Shown piece after piece: positions 10,709-21,112 of a DNA stretch of 64,000 bases. A program made the position numbers and the translations under genes. The stretch is from an uncultured Acidobacteriota bacterium. Lineage in GTDB: Bacteria; Acidobacteriota; Vicinamibacteria; Marinacidobacterales; SMYC01. Below the pieces are notes generated by a model. It made no database searches. It was not told where the DNA came from and saw nothing but the letters and a program-made list of their open reading frames with translations. The number at the start of each line of letters is the position of its first letter. Positions within the stretch are counted from its first letter, which is position 1. The stretch lies in assembly GCA_963820855.1 (NCBI GenBank), contig CAWGBY010000021.1, positions 133,354-197,353 on the forward strand, read 5' to 3'.

Positions 10709-11984
10709 ATGGCGAAGTACAATCCGTACCGGACCAATACCGGTATCCATATCGAGTGGTTTACCGTGCGGCGGTCGACAGTGTACACCTCGTCTTATCC
10801 ATCCTCGGCCTCATCGGCGCCGGCGCCTGGGGCTATCATCAGGTGTACGGACCGAGAGAAGAAGTCGACGCTCGTGGCGGCTCCTCCCGTAACCGACAAC
10901 AGCGCGCGCTTTCTCGATCTCGACGGCGCGGTGAAGGTTCGGAAGTCGGGCACCTACGAATGGATCAACGCGAACATGGCAATGACATTGAGCCGCGACG
11001 ACACCATTCGCACCGTGGGTGATTCGCAGGCGCGCGTGAGCCTTTTCGACGGAACCGAGTATCTCGTGAAACCCGACTCGATTCTGGTGATCGAGGAAGC
11101 ATCGGAAGATCCCGACGACCAAAGCCAAGGTCGTACAGGTGAAGTTGACGGCGGGACAGGTGAACCTGAAAACGCCGAGCGGAAACGTGGAGGGCTCGCG
11201 CTCCGACCTCGCGACGCCGACGACCGAGGCGACGTTCGATAGCGCTACGAGCGCGGACGTGAGCTTCGATACGTCGACCGGGGTCTCCGGCTTCACGGTC
11301 TTCACCGGTGGCACCGATCTCAAATCGGGCGATTCCACCGTGAGCCTCGGATCCTCTCAAGCCGTCGACGTCAGGGCCGACAATACGTTCTCCAACATCA
11401 TCGACCTTCCCGGCGTCCCGGTTCTGGTCTCGCCGGCGAACCTTTCCGTCGTGCCGGTGAGCCCCACCACCGAGTTTCGCTGGAGGGAGGTGGAAGGAGC
11501 CCGGCGGTACCAGGTGCTCCTCGACCGCTCGCCCTATTTCCGCGATCCGATCCTCGAAAGCACCGTACCGAACGTGTCCGTGCTCCATCGCGGTCTCGCC
11601 GCCGGCACGTACTACTGGCAGGTGACCGCCATCGATGCCGACAACCGGCGCGGCGCTCCGAGCCAGTTCGCGAAGTTCACCATGACCTCGCGCGCCATCG
11701 CGACCGACAGCGCGCCGCCGGGGCTCACGGTGTTCAAGCCGACGGTAGGGCTCGACGGTCTGGTCACGGTGACCGGCAGGACGGACGCTGGCGCTTTCGT
11801 CACCGTCGATCGGGGCATGGGAGACGATCGCGTCCAGGTGAAGGGCGACGGTTCGTTCACCTACTACTTTCAGGTGCGGGAGACCGGCAAACATCCGGTG
11901 GTGGTCAAAGCCCGCAAACGCGACGGCGGCGGTGTCGCCGAAAAGACCGTCTACGCGGAGATAGGGACCGAGGAAGGTGACTGA
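10709..11984 (+). CDS. FecR-domain membrane protein with C-terminal Ig-like/beta-sandwich region; frameshifted near N-terminus
   Basis: ORF 10709..11242: ARFLDLDGAVKVRKSGTYEWINANMAMTLSRDDTIRTVGDSQARVSLFDGTEYLVKPDSILVIEE. A TM helix, VHLVLSILGLIGAGAWGY, lies in the frame of ORF 10756..11022. The rest is in ORF 11139..11984, including YYWQVTAIDADNRRG. Confidence 0.6.
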
Positions 11985-12165
11985 TCTGCCGGTTACCGGG
12001 CATCGACGGCCGCCGTCGTCCCGGGTCCCGAGCGCCGTCTCCGTCGCTTCGAGCGCTCCGACGAGCGACGCGGCTTCGGCTCGCACGCGACGGCGCGTGC
12101 GCGAAAGCGTCGAGTCGGCGCGAAGGAAGCGGCCGCGGCTTCGAAGGAGCGGCGCCCGGAAGAGC

Positions 12166-13580
12166 CGTCGTTTCAAGATCGCTCTCGTCGCCCAGTCGTC
12201 CCAGCTATTCGAGACCTTCTCCTCGCTCGGCGCAGGCCGAGGCGCTCGACGTCGTGCGCGTCGATCCGAAGAGTGTTTCCCGCTCGCCCCGCGAGGCGCA
12301 GGGCTCCTTCTCGCGATTCGACGCCGTGATTCTCGACGAGCGCTCGCGCAACGCCGGAGGCGGGTTGGTGCGAGCCATCCGCAAGGCGAATCCCGAGGTT
12401 CCTCTCATTTCTCTCGGAGGGCGCGCGGGCAGCGGAAGTCCGGGCGGCACTTCACCCTGCACCTCGCGGACCTCCCGACATCGGGGAGTCTCCGGTCGCT
12501 GATTCAGGAAGCCCGCCACCAGCTGCTCCTGAACCGCAAGGCGGGGAATCTCTCTCGAAGGCTTCGCGAGACGTCGCGCCGGCTGCAGGTGCTCGGGGAA
12601 ATCGTGGCCACCGCGAACTCCATCCTCGAGCCGCGGCGCGTGATCAACGTGATCATGTCCCAGATTCAGGAGCTCATCCCTTCCGAGGCCTGGTCCATCC
12701 TCCTCGTGGACGAGGAGACGGGCGAACTGGCGTTCGAGATGGCGCTCGGGGAGAAGAGCTCGGACCTCAACGACACGCGGATCAAGCTCGGAGAAGGGAG
12801 TTGCGGGCTGGGTGGCGCAGACGGGAGAGCCCGCGATCGTGAACGACGTCCGGCGCGATCCGCGTTTTCAGGCGAAGTTCGACGAGCTGACCCGCTTCCG
12901 CACCCGTTCCATCCTCTGCGCTCCGCTGATTTCCCGCGGAAGGACGATCGGCGTCGTCGAGATCATGAACCGCGCCGTCGGCTCCCGTTTCACCAAGAGG
13001 GACATGAACCTGCTCCTGACGCTGGTCGAGCCCGCCGCCATCGCCCTCGAGAACGCGTTCCTGTTCCAGAAAACCGAGCAGCTCGCCGTCACCGACGACC
13101 TGACCAAGCTCTACAACTCGCGATACATCAATAGCTACCTGGAGCAGGCGATTGGTCGCGCCCGGGAAGTCCTCCGGAAGGCTCGCGGTCATGTTTCTGG
13201 ACCTGGACGGGTTCAAGTCGATCAACGACCGCCACGGACACTTCTACGGAAGCCGCAGTCTCCGGGAAGTCGGAAGCCTGATTCGCTCCGCGGTGAGGGA
13301 AGAGGACGTGGTGAGCCGCTACGGCGGGGACGAGTTCGTGATCGTTCTCCCGGATACCGACGCCGAGGGAGCGCTCGCGGTCGCCGAGCGCATCCGAAGC
13401 GCGCTCCGGGACCACCGGTTCCTGGCCGAGTTCGGACTCGAGGCGAGACTCTCGGCGAGCCTGGGACTGAGCCTGTACCCGGATCACGGCAAAGAACCGC
13501 AAGAACTTATGCAAAAAGCCGACCAGGCAATGTATAGTGTGAAGGTACGCGGCAAGGACGCGGTTTGCGTCGCGAAGTGA
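12166..13580 (+). CDS. diguanylate cyclase, REC-like/GAF/GGDEF domains; frameshifted in this assembly; start approximate
   Basis: REC-like segment KIALVAQSSQLFETFSSLG, FDAVILDERS and VRAIRKANPEVPLISLGG (frames of ORFs 11977.. and 12254..). GAF segment EIVATANSILEPRRVINVIMSQIQELIPSEAWSILLVDEETGELAF and VAQTGEPAIVNDVRRDPRF (12812..). GGDEF segment LAVMFLDLDGFKSINDRHGH and VSRYGGDEFVIVLPDT (ORF 13152..13580). Confidence 0.7.
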
Positions 13581-13689
13581 CGTGCCGTCGCCGCCAATCT
13601 GACAATTTCGTTGATCCCTGAATTGCTAAAGTTGACGGCCAAAAATTTGACTGTTGATACCGCAGTTCACCGACTCGAGCTCGAAACGC

Positions 13690-14715
13690 ATGTATCTCCG
13701 GTCCGTCTTCAGCCTCTTCTCGAATGAGCTGGCCATCGATCTCGGAACCGCCAACACCCTGGTTTTCGCCAAGGGGAAAGGCATCGTGGTGTCCGAGCCT
13801 TCCATCGTCGCGATCAACGACGCGACCGCCAAGGTCGAGGCGGTCGGAAGAGAGGCGAAGGAGATGCTCGGGCGCACGCCCGGGAACATCACCGCCATCC
13901 GTCCCATGAAGGACGGCGTCATCGCCGACTTCGAGGTGACGGAAAAGATGCTCGCCTACTTCATCCAGAAGGCCCACAACCGCAAGGTATGGGTGGCCCC
14001 GCGCATCGTCATCGGCATCCCCTCCGAGATCACGCAGGTGGAGAAGAGGGCGGTGAAGGACAGCGCGCTTCGCGCGAAGGCGAGCGAGGTGTTCCTCGTC
14101 GACCAGGCGATGGCCGCGGCCATCGGCGCGGGCCTTCCGGTCACCGAGCCCTCCGGCAACATGGTGGTCGACATCGGCGGCGGGACGACGGACATCGCGG
14201 TCATCTCGATGGCGGGCATCGTCTATTCGAGCTCGGTGCGCGTCGCCGGGAACGAAATGGACGAGGCGATCATCAAGTACCTCCGGAAGAAGTACAACCT
14301 TCTCATCGGAGAGCGCACGGCGGAACACGTGAAGATGGAGATCGGTTCGGCCTATCCGCTGGACAAGCCCATGACCATGGAGATCAAGGGAAGGAACCTG
14401 ATCGAGGGCATTCCCAAGACGCTGGTGGTGACGGACGAGGAGATTCGGGAAGCGCTCGAAGAAACGGTGTCGATCCTGGTGAACGCGGTGCGCGTGGCGC
14501 TCGAGAGAACGCCTCCGGAGCTTTCCGCGGACATCGTCGACCGCGGCATCGTTCTGACCGGCGGCGGCGCGCTCTTGAAGAACCTCGACAAGCGCCTCCG
14601 GGAGGAGACCGGTCTTCCCGTCTCCATGGGCGAAGACCCGCTCTCGTCCGTGGTGCTCGGAGCGGGCCGCATGCTCGAAGACGTCAAGCTTCTCCGGAAA
14701 GTGTGCCTGGAGTGA
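13690..14715 (+). CDS. mreB: rod shape-determining protein MreB
   Basis: Intact in ORF 13654..14715, taken from the internal Met [26 protein letters not shown]. Also [53 protein letters not shown]. Confidence 0.95.
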   Translation: MYLRSVFSLFSNELAIDLGTANTLVFAKGKGIVVSEPSIVAINDATAKVEAVGREAKEMLGRTPGNITAIRPMKDGVIADFEVTEKMLAYFIQKAHNRKVWVAPRIVIGIPSEITQVEKRAVKDSALRAKASEVFLVDQAMAAAIGAGLPVTEPSGNMVVDIGGGTTDIAVISMAGIVYSSSVRVAGNEMDEAIIKYLRKKYNLLIGERTAEHVKMEIGSAYPLDKPMTMEIKGRNLIEGIPKTLVVTDEEIREALEETVSILVNAVRVALERTPPELSADIVDRGIVLTGGGALLKNLDKRLREETGLPVSMGEDPLSSVVLGAGRMLEDVKLLRKVCLE

Positions 14716-14735
14716 TCGCTCCCGAACTCTGATTC

Positions 14736-15604
14736 ATGGCGACCACGACATCCGCCCCCCTGGGTTCCAGGGGAGGGCACCTCGTCTTTTGTCTGGTGCT
14801 GGTGGGTCAAGCGCTCCTGCTCTCTTCCCAGGTCACGACCGAAGCGGGCCATTCCGCGCTGCGGTCGCTCTCTCATCGGCCTCTTCTCCCCGATCCAGCG
14901 AAGCGCGGACACCGGGCTCGGCGCGATTTCCTCCTTGTGGTACGGCTACGTCGATCTGAGGGGAGTCCGCGAGGAGAACGGACGCCTCAAGGAAGACGTC
15001 GCCCGTCTCGAGCAAGCGCTCTGGATGGAGCGCGACGTGGTCGCGAGCTATCGCCGACTGAGCACCGTTCTCGACCTCGCGGAGCGGATTCCGGGAAACC
15101 CCATGGTGGCCGAGGTGGTGGGACTCGACGCGAGCGCCTGGTTCCAGACGGTGACCGTCAACCGGGGGACGGCGCACGGGGTCGCGCTGAACGCTCCGGT
15201 GATCGCGGCCGGCGGGCTCGTCGGGTCGCGTGATCTCGCTCGGGACGGACGTCGCGCAGATTCAGCTCCTCACCGACAGGGACTGCTCGGTCGGCGCTCT
15301 TCTCGCGCGGACCCGCGCCCGTGGGGTCGTCGCGGGAAGCGGCGGGGAGGCGAGCCCGACCGGCCTCACCCTGAATTACGTGAGCAACCTCGAGGACGTC
15401 GTCGAGGGCGATCTGATCGTGACCTCGGGAATGGACGGTATCTATCCCAAGGGCATCGCCATCGGCCGCGTGGCCTCGGTGAGGAACGGTCCGCGGCTCT
15501 TCAAGCTCGTCACCGTCGAGCCGGCGGCGAACCTCGACCGTCTCGAGGAGGTCTTCGTCCTGGAAGCGGCTTCGGTCAGCGAGATCACCGAGCGCGTCGA
15601 GTGA
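14736..15604 (+). CDS. mreC: rod shape-determining protein MreC; frameshifted in this assembly
   Basis: Three frames. MATTTSAPLGSRGGHLVFCLVLVGQALLLSSQV (14736..). WYGYVDLRGVREENGRLKEDVARLEQ, GVALNAPVIAAGGLVG (14935..). GTDVAQIQLLTDRDCSVGALL, DLIVTSGMDGIYPKGIAIGRV (15230..15604). It sits between mreB and mreD. Confidence 0.85.
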
Positions 15605-15607
15605 GGC

Positions 15608-16078
15608 GTGCTCGATATCGTTGCTCGCCCTCCTCGCGGCTTTCGTTTTTCAAACGGTTCTCGGCCGCTACCTCCCGTTCTTCGGCGGCTACCTGGACCT
15701 ATTCGCGGTGGTCGCCGCGGGCTTCGGTCTCGTGCGAGGACGGATGGCGGGGCTCGTGAGCGGCGCTTCGGCCGGTCTTCTTCAGGATGCCTTCTCCGGC
15801 GGTCTCCTGGGATTCAACGGCATTTCCAAGACCACGGTCGGGTATCTGGCGGGCATCGCCGGCCGACATCTGATCATCCGCGGCTGGTCCACCCGGATCC
15901 TGTTCTTCGCCGTCGCGACCCTTCTCGATCTTGCGATTCTCGCGGTGTGGGATATGCCGCGGAGCTTCCGAGGGTGGTGGGCGAGGGGCTCGCGCCACTT
16001 TATCTCTGTATCGGAAACGCCTTCGCTGGTATTCTTTTGGTGAGGGCTCTGGAGCGGCGACCTCCAGGCGAGCTCTAA
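15608..16078 (+). CDS. mreD: rod shape-determining protein MreD; frameshifted in this assembly
   Basis: ORF 15621..16043: LALLAAFVFQTVLGRYLPFFGGYLDLFAVVAAGFGLVRGRMAGLVSGASAGLLQDAFSGGLLGFNG. The C-terminus is better in the frame of ORF 15608..16078 (GLAPLYLCIGNAFAGILLVRAL). Start is either GTG 15608 or TTG 15621. Confidence 0.75.
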   Translation: MLDIVARPPRGFRFSNGSRPLPPVLRRLPGPIRGGRRGLRSRARTDGGARERRFGRSSSGCLLRRSPGIQRHFQDHGRVSGGHRRPTSDHPRLVHPDPVLRRRDPSRSCDSRGVGYAAELPRVVGEGLAPLYLCIGNAFAGILLVRALERRPPGEL

Positions 16079-16138
16079 GCGAGCGGTGCCCCGTCCCGCC
16101 CGCTTCGCGAAGCGTCGGCGGGGGGATGGGCGCCAGAC

Positions 16139-16179
16139 GCATTCATTGAAGAGCGAGGCGAGCATTAGTAAAGGCAAGC
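16139..16179 (+). repeat. copy B of the conserved upstream element (core GAAGAGCGAGGCGAGCA)
   Basis: GCATTCATTGAAGAGCGAGGCGAGCATTAGTAAAGGCAAGC lies 38 nt upstream of the mrdA ATG. The core (16148-16164) is identical to 7476-7492. It is preceded by the GC-rich palindrome CGCTTCGCGAAGCG. Confidence 0.5.
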
Positions 16180-16216
16180 TCCTGCCCCCATACGACTTCG
16201 ACTAGAATCGCGCGAA

Positions 16217-18068
16217 ATGAACGTTTACGAGGATCTGAGGCCCCTGCGATCGCGGCTCGCCTGGTGGCGGGCCCTCGTGGTGCTTCTCTTCGCCGGATTG
16301 GTTCTTCGCTTCTGGCAGCTTCAGGTCGTCCGTTCCACGACCTACGAAGAGTCTGGCGCGGGCCAATCACGTTCGTCCGATTCCGGAGAGCGCCCCTCGC
16401 GGTCTCATCCTGGACCGCCACGGGAGCATCATCGCGGAGAACCGGCCCGTCGTTCAATCTCACGCTCGAAGAGGAGCGCGCCGATACGCTCGTGGCTCTG
16501 AAGGAGCTGGTTCCGCTTGGCGACCCGGACTTCGACGTCGAGAAGTATCTGCGGGAGGCGCGCCTCGACGCCGCCATCCTCAAGGAGGACATTCCGCTCG
16601 AGGAGGTGGCGCGGGTCGAGGCCCGGCAGCTCGAGCTCCCGGGGGCCCATATCCAGTTCGTTCCGCGACGCTACTACCCGGCGGGAATGCGCGCCGCTCA
16701 CATCGTCGGTTACGTCGGCCGAATGTCCGAGGAGCAGCTCGAGGAAAAAGACTTCGAAGGCGCTTCGCGCAATGACTACGTCGGTCAGTCGGGAGTCGAG
16801 CGCATCTACAACGAGCTCCTCATGGGGCGAAACGGGGTCCAGAGGGTCGTGGTGAACAGCCTCGGCCGCCGCGAGCGGGTTCTCGATCAGGTTCCGCCGG
16901 TCTGGGGAGAGTCGGTGCAGCTTTCCATCGACCTCGAGCTCCAGCGCGTTGCCGAGGAGGCTTTCGAGGGTTTCGCGGGGTCCGTCGTCGCTCTCGACCC
17001 TCGAAACGGGGAAGTGCTGGTGATGGGAAGCTTCCCCGCCTACGACCCGAACTTCTTTTCCGGCCGATTCGAGCGGAACAAATGGCTCGCCCTGGTGAAC
17101 GACTCCGAGCATCCGCTCTCGAATCGCGCCATCCAGGGCGCTATGCGCCCGGCTCGACGTTCAAGCTCGTCGTCGCGGCGGCTGCTCTCGAGCAGGAGAT
17201 CGTGACCCCGGAGACCGAGATGTTCTGCGGCGGATCGGTGCGCATGTACGGGAACGTCTTCCACTGCCACAAGGCGGGCGGACACGGCCGGCTCAACCTC
17301 ATCGACGCCCTCGCGCAGTCCTGCAACAGCTACTTCTATCAACTCGGAGCCAAGCTGCAGATCGAGACCATCGCCCGCTACGGGCGCGTTTTCGGGCTCG
17401 GCACTCCGACCGGGGTCGATCTTCCGCACGAAGTCTCGGGACTGATTCCCGATCCCGAGTGGAAGAAATCCGCGCGCAACGAGCCGTGGTACGCGGGAGA
17501 GACCATCTCGGTCGCGGTGGGGCAGGGCTCGGTGCTGGTGACCACGATGCAGATGGCGAGGCTCGCGGCCACCGTCGGGACGTCCGGCGATATCCACCGC
17601 CCTAAGCTTTTTCTTCGAACCCTTCCGGTGGGAGCGACCCCGGAGCCTTACGTCGAGACCGGCCTCCAGGAGCCGGTCCGCAAAGTGAGCCTTCGCGAGG
17701 GGACGTGGCGCGCCATCCAGGAGGGAATGTTCCGGGCCGTGAACCAGCACGGCACGGCGGGCCGCGCCCGGCTCGACGGAATCAGCGTCGCAGGGAAAAC
17801 GGGCACCGCTCAGGTCGCATCGCGACAGCGCATCAGTGCGTCCGCCGATGCGAACCGGCCCGAGCATCTCCGCAACCACGCCTGGTTCGTGGGGTTCGCG
17901 CCCCGCGTGAATCCGGAGATCGCCATCGCCGTTCTGGTCGAGCACGGCGGCGGAGGCGGGGCGGCCGCCGCTCCCGTCGCGCAAAAGATCTTTCAGACGT
18001 ACTTCGATCAGCAGAAGGAGGCGCGAGTCAGGAATGGTCCTCGACAGACGACAATGGCATTCCATTGA
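16217..18068 (+). CDS. mrdA: penicillin-binding protein 2 (elongasome transpeptidase); frameshifted in this assembly
   Basis: MNVYEDLRPLRSRLAWWRALVVLLFAGLVLRFWQLQVV (16217..). Dimerisation domain in ORF 16264..17205. Transpeptidase in ORF 17082..18068, with APGSTFKLVVAAAAL (SxxK), SCNSYF and KTGTAQV. Confidence 0.9.
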
Positions 18069-19128
18069 CTGGATGACCATTCTGGGGCTGGTGGTCGCCT
18101 GCGCCTTCGGCCTCCTCGTGATCTACAGCGCTACACAGGCGGGGCCGACGCCGGAGCTCTACAAGGCCCAGATCGCGCGGCTTCTCATCGGGATGGCCCT
18201 TCTCGCCCTCACGATGGTCTTCGACTACCACAGCATCGTCGATCGCGCCGAAGTGATCTACGTGACCGTGCTCGTCGTTCTCGTCTATCTAGTCTTCTTC
18301 GGAGGTCTGCGGGCGGGAACCAACCGCTGGCTCGAGCTCGGCTTCGGGACGTTTCAGCCGGGTGAGCTCGCGAAGATCGGCGTCGTCGTCTTCCTCGCGA
18401 AGTACTACTCCGCCGTCCGGAAGAATCAGCTGGGGTCGTCGGAAGTCGTGATTACGGGGATCTTCGCCGGACTGCCCATCGTGCTCATCGCTCTCCAGCC
18501 CGATCTCGGAACCGCCGCGACCATCGCTTTCGTGTACGTCTCGATGGCGCTTCTCGCCGGGGTGCGGAAACGGCTTCTCGTGGCCGGGATCATTGCGGTC
18601 GCCCTGGCGCTTCCCCTCGGCTGGCGCTTCGTTCTCAAGGAGTATCAGAAGGAGCGGATATACGCGTTTCTCGACCCGAGCCGGGACCCTCGCGGCTCCG
18701 GCTACCAGAGCATCCAGTCGACCATCGCCGTCGGCTCCGGAGGCTTCGCCGGCAAGGGATGGCTCAACGGAACGCAGAGCCAGCTCCAGTTTCTGCCCGC
18801 GCCTCACACCGATTTCGTGTTCGCGGTCATGGCCGAGGAGTTCGGATTCGTCGGCGTCTCGACGGTCATCATCCTGTACCTGGTCATCATCCTGAGGTGT
18901 CTCGACACCGCCCGCCGTTCGCGGGACCGCCTCGGGCTCTACTTGGTCTTCGGCGTGTTGTCGATGTTCGTCTTCCAGACGCTCTATAACCTTGCAATGG
19001 TCGCTGGCCTCGTGCCGATCAAGGGTTTCCCGCTTCCTCTGATGAGCTATGGCGGGTCGTCGATGCTCGCGACCATGCTGGGCTTCGGTCTCATCCTGAA
19101 CGTGCGTATGAGAAGGTTTGTGAACTGA
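18034..19128 (+). CDS. rodA: rod shape-determining protein RodA (SEDS family)
   Basis: Intact ORF 18034..19128: HSIDWMTILGLVVACAFGLLVIYSAT, FQPGELAKIGVVVFLAKY, PHTDFVFAVMAEEFGFVG, PLPLMSYGGSSMLATMLGFGLILNV. It overlaps the mrdA 3' end by 35 nt. Confidence 0.95.
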   Translation: MVLDRRQWHSIDWMTILGLVVACAFGLLVIYSATQAGPTPELYKAQIARLLIGMALLALTMVFDYHSIVDRAEVIYVTVLVVLVYLVFFGGLRAGTNRWLELGFGTFQPGELAKIGVVVFLAKYYSAVRKNQLGSSEVVITGIFAGLPIVLIALQPDLGTAATIAFVYVSMALLAGVRKRLLVAGIIAVALALPLGWRFVLKEYQKERIYAFLDPSRDPRGSGYQSIQSTIAVGSGGFAGKGWLNGTQSQLQFLPAPHTDFVFAVMAEEFGFVGVSTVIILYLVIILRCLDTARRSRDRLGLYLVFGVLSMFVFQTLYNLAMVAGLVPIKGFPLPLMSYGGSSMLATMLGFGLILNVRMRRFVN

Positions 19129-19597
19129 TTGACATTTCGTGGTAGTGTCAAGTCGAGTAAAGCCCTCCATTTGGAGGGTCCGGGCGTTTCTCGGCCCCTG
19201 AGCCCGTTGTGGAAGGGCGAGAGCGTCCGCAAGAGAACAGTTTTTGAGTGGCAACGCCGGCCCGCGGCAACGGGCAGGCAGTGAGGGAATTTCAGACTCC
19301 GGATCGAAGGCCCGCGAGCCAATCGACGATTGAGCTGAGGTGAGCCTCGAGGCCGCGCCCAAAACGGCGCGAGCGTTCCGGATAGAGCGTTCGAAGGGTT
19401 CGCAAAGATTGGAACGGAAGCAGGTAGGCTCGAGCCATAGACCGGGGGTGCCCGGTCGAAGTCCGCGGGAGCGCGAACGTCGGCTCTCTTGTTCGAGTCC
19501 GCCAGAACCGCCTTCTTCCAACCCGTCCGCAATCCCGCGCCCGCTGAAGCCCCTCCTCCTGCTCGCCGAGGCCCGTCCTTGCCCGCTGAGGCGAAAC
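19129..19597 (+). other. 469-nt ORF-poor, hairpin-rich spacer between rodA and rng (candidate structured 5' leader or unknown ncRNA)
   Basis: I could not support any convincing ORF here. Stems seen: TTGACA/TGTCAA (19129-19151), CCCTCC/GGAGGG (19163-19178), GCGCC/GGCGC (~19352-19370) and ACCGGG/CCCGGT (19441-19456). Confidence 0.35.
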
Positions 19598-21100
19598 ATG
19601 TCGAAGGAAATGATCGTGAGTCACAGCCCGCTCCAGACGAGGTTGGCCATCGTCGAGAACGGCGTCGTGTCGGAGGTCGCGTTCGAGCGCGAGCGCAGCC
19701 GCGGCGTCGTGGGCAACATCTACAAGGGAAGGGTCAATCGGGTGCTTCCCGGAATGCAGTCGGCGTTCGTCGACATCGGTCTGGAACGGGACGCGTTCCT
19801 CTACGTCTCCGACGTCCTCGAGGACGAGGAGTTCCTCACCGAGGAAGAGGAGAAGATCGTCCAGACCGAGCGCGAGATCCGCGCCGCCGCGGGACCTCCC
19901 CAGTCGATCGACCAGCTTCTGAAGCAGGGCCAGGAAGTATTGGTACAGGTGGTGAAAGAGCCCCTGGGAACCAAGGGAGCGCGCATCACCTCGTACGTGA
20001 GCCTTCCAGGGCGGCTCCTGGTCTACATGCCGACGGTCGACCACGTCGGTGTCTCCCGGAAGATCGAGTCCGCTGACGAACGGTCGCAGCTTCGGAAGCT
20101 CATCCAGCAGTCCAGACAGCGGGGCGGAGGATACATCGTGCGCACCGCGGCCGCGGGGAAGGAAGAGGAGGCCATCGTCGCCGACCTTCGCTACCTCGAG
20201 CAGAAGTGGCAGGAGATCGGCCACCGCGCGGAGCACATCAAGGCCCCGGCGCTGATCCATCGCGATCTGGGCCTCGTCTTCAAATACATCCGCGATGTTC
20301 TGTCGACGGAGTACTCCGCGATCCGCATCAACTCGGAGGAGCTCTTCGACCAGGTGCTGAACTACGTGCGGCAGATCCAGCCGCAGATGCTCCACCGGGT
20401 GAAGTACTACTCGAGGAACTATCCCATCTTCGAGGAGTACGGCGTTCAGGCCGAGATCGACAAAGCGCTCCGGAGCAAGGTCTGGCTCAAGTCCGGCGGC
20501 TACATCGTCATCAACCAGACCGAGGCGCTGGTAGCGATCGACATCAACACCGGCCGCTACACGGGCGACCGGAGGCTCGAAGACACCATCACCCGCATCA
20601 ACATCGAGGCGGTCGAGGAGATCGTCCACCAGATCCGGCTTCGAGACCTCGGCGGAATCATCGTCATCGACTTCATCGACATGGAGGAGAGGCGAAATCA
20701 GCAGAGGGTCTTTCAAGCGCTCGAACAGGCGCTGCGGAAGGATCGCTCTCCCACCAAGAGCGTTCAGATCAACGAGTTCGGTCTGGTGGTTCTGACTCGG
20801 AAGCGCGTCAAGCGGTCGCTAGAGCGCGTCCTCTGCCGACCCTGCCCTCACTGCCAGGGAAGCTCCTGGGTGAAGTCCCCGACGACCGTCGCTTTCGAGA
20901 TCGTCGACCAGGTGCGTAAGACGCTGGCGGAGTTCTCCAAGGGCTTGACGGTGCGGGTCCACCCGGAAGTCGCCCGGGCGCTCAAGGGAAAGGAAGCTCC
21001 CGTCATCGAGGAGCTCAAGTCCATGATCAAGCACGAGGTGGACGTGCGCGCCGACGCGAACATGTACGAGGAGCAGTACGAGCTCGTCGCGCGAAAATGA
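19598..21100 (+). CDS. rng: ribonuclease G/E family (Rng/CafA-like)
   Basis: Taken from the internal Met of ORF 19340..21100: MSKEMIVSHSPLQTRLAIVENGVVSEVAFERERSRGVVGNIYKGRVNRVLPGMQSAFVDIG (S1 domain). Also LVAIDINTGRYTG, GGIIVIDFIDM, CPHCQG. Position downstream of the mre/mrd genes matches the E. coli mreBCD-rng neighbourhood. Confidence 0.9.
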   Translation: MSKEMIVSHSPLQTRLAIVENGVVSEVAFERERSRGVVGNIYKGRVNRVLPGMQSAFVDIGLERDAFLYVSDVLEDEEFLTEEEEKIVQTEREIRAAAGPPQSIDQLLKQGQEVLVQVVKEPLGTKGARITSYVSLPGRLLVYMPTVDHVGVSRKIESADERSQLRKLIQQSRQRGGGYIVRTAAAGKEEEAIVADLRYLEQKWQEIGHRAEHIKAPALIHRDLGLVFKYIRDVLSTEYSAIRINSEELFDQVLNYVRQIQPQMLHRVKYYSRNYPIFEEYGVQAEIDKALRSKVWLKSGGYIVINQTEALVAIDINTGRYTGDRRLEDTITRINIEAVEEIVHQIRLRDLGGIIVIDFIDMEERRNQQRVFQALEQALRKDRSPTKSVQINEFGLVVLTRKRVKRSLERVLCRPCPHCQGSSWVKSPTTVAFEIVDQVRKTLAEFSKGLTVRVHPEVARALKGKEAPVIEELKSMIKHEVDVRADANMYEEQYELVARK

Positions 21101-21112
21101 TGTGGAGCCGAT

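Noticed and set aside
11977-12165. Arg-rich 60-residue leader of ORF 11977..13134 as the N-terminus of the GGDEF protein.
   Set aside because: Its composition looks non-coding and the receiver-like domain begins near ~12166. The true start is unresolved, so coordinates are given as approximate.
14736-18068. Reading the frameshifted genes (mreC, mreD, mrdA and about 25 others) as genuine pseudogenes or programmed frameshifts.
   Set aside because: Essential genes are affected. The lesions cluster and often restore the frame within ~100 nt. Multi-kb neighbours are flawless. Consensus error is the simpler explanation, though it cannot be proven without reads.
19411-19428. GGAACGGAAGCAGGTAGG resembles the SRP RNA helix-8 GGAA tetraloop / GGAAGCAGC motif.
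   Set aside because: The bases flanking GGAA cannot pair to close a tetraloop, and the rest of the 4.5S consensus is absent.
19491-19512. GTTCGAGTCCGCCAGAACCGCC looks like a tRNA/tmRNA T-loop plus acceptor arm.
   Set aside because: No complementary 5' T-stem (GGCGG) or acceptor strand upstream, no cloverleaf can be drawn, and no tag-peptide reading frame ending in a hydrophobic xAA tail is present.
19340-19597. N-terminal extension of rng suggested by ORF 19340..21100 (GTG start, 86 extra residues).
   Set aside because: The extension is Arg/Pro/Ser-rich with no similarity to RNase G/E N-termini. The family starts right at the S1 domain, as does MSKEMIV at 19598.
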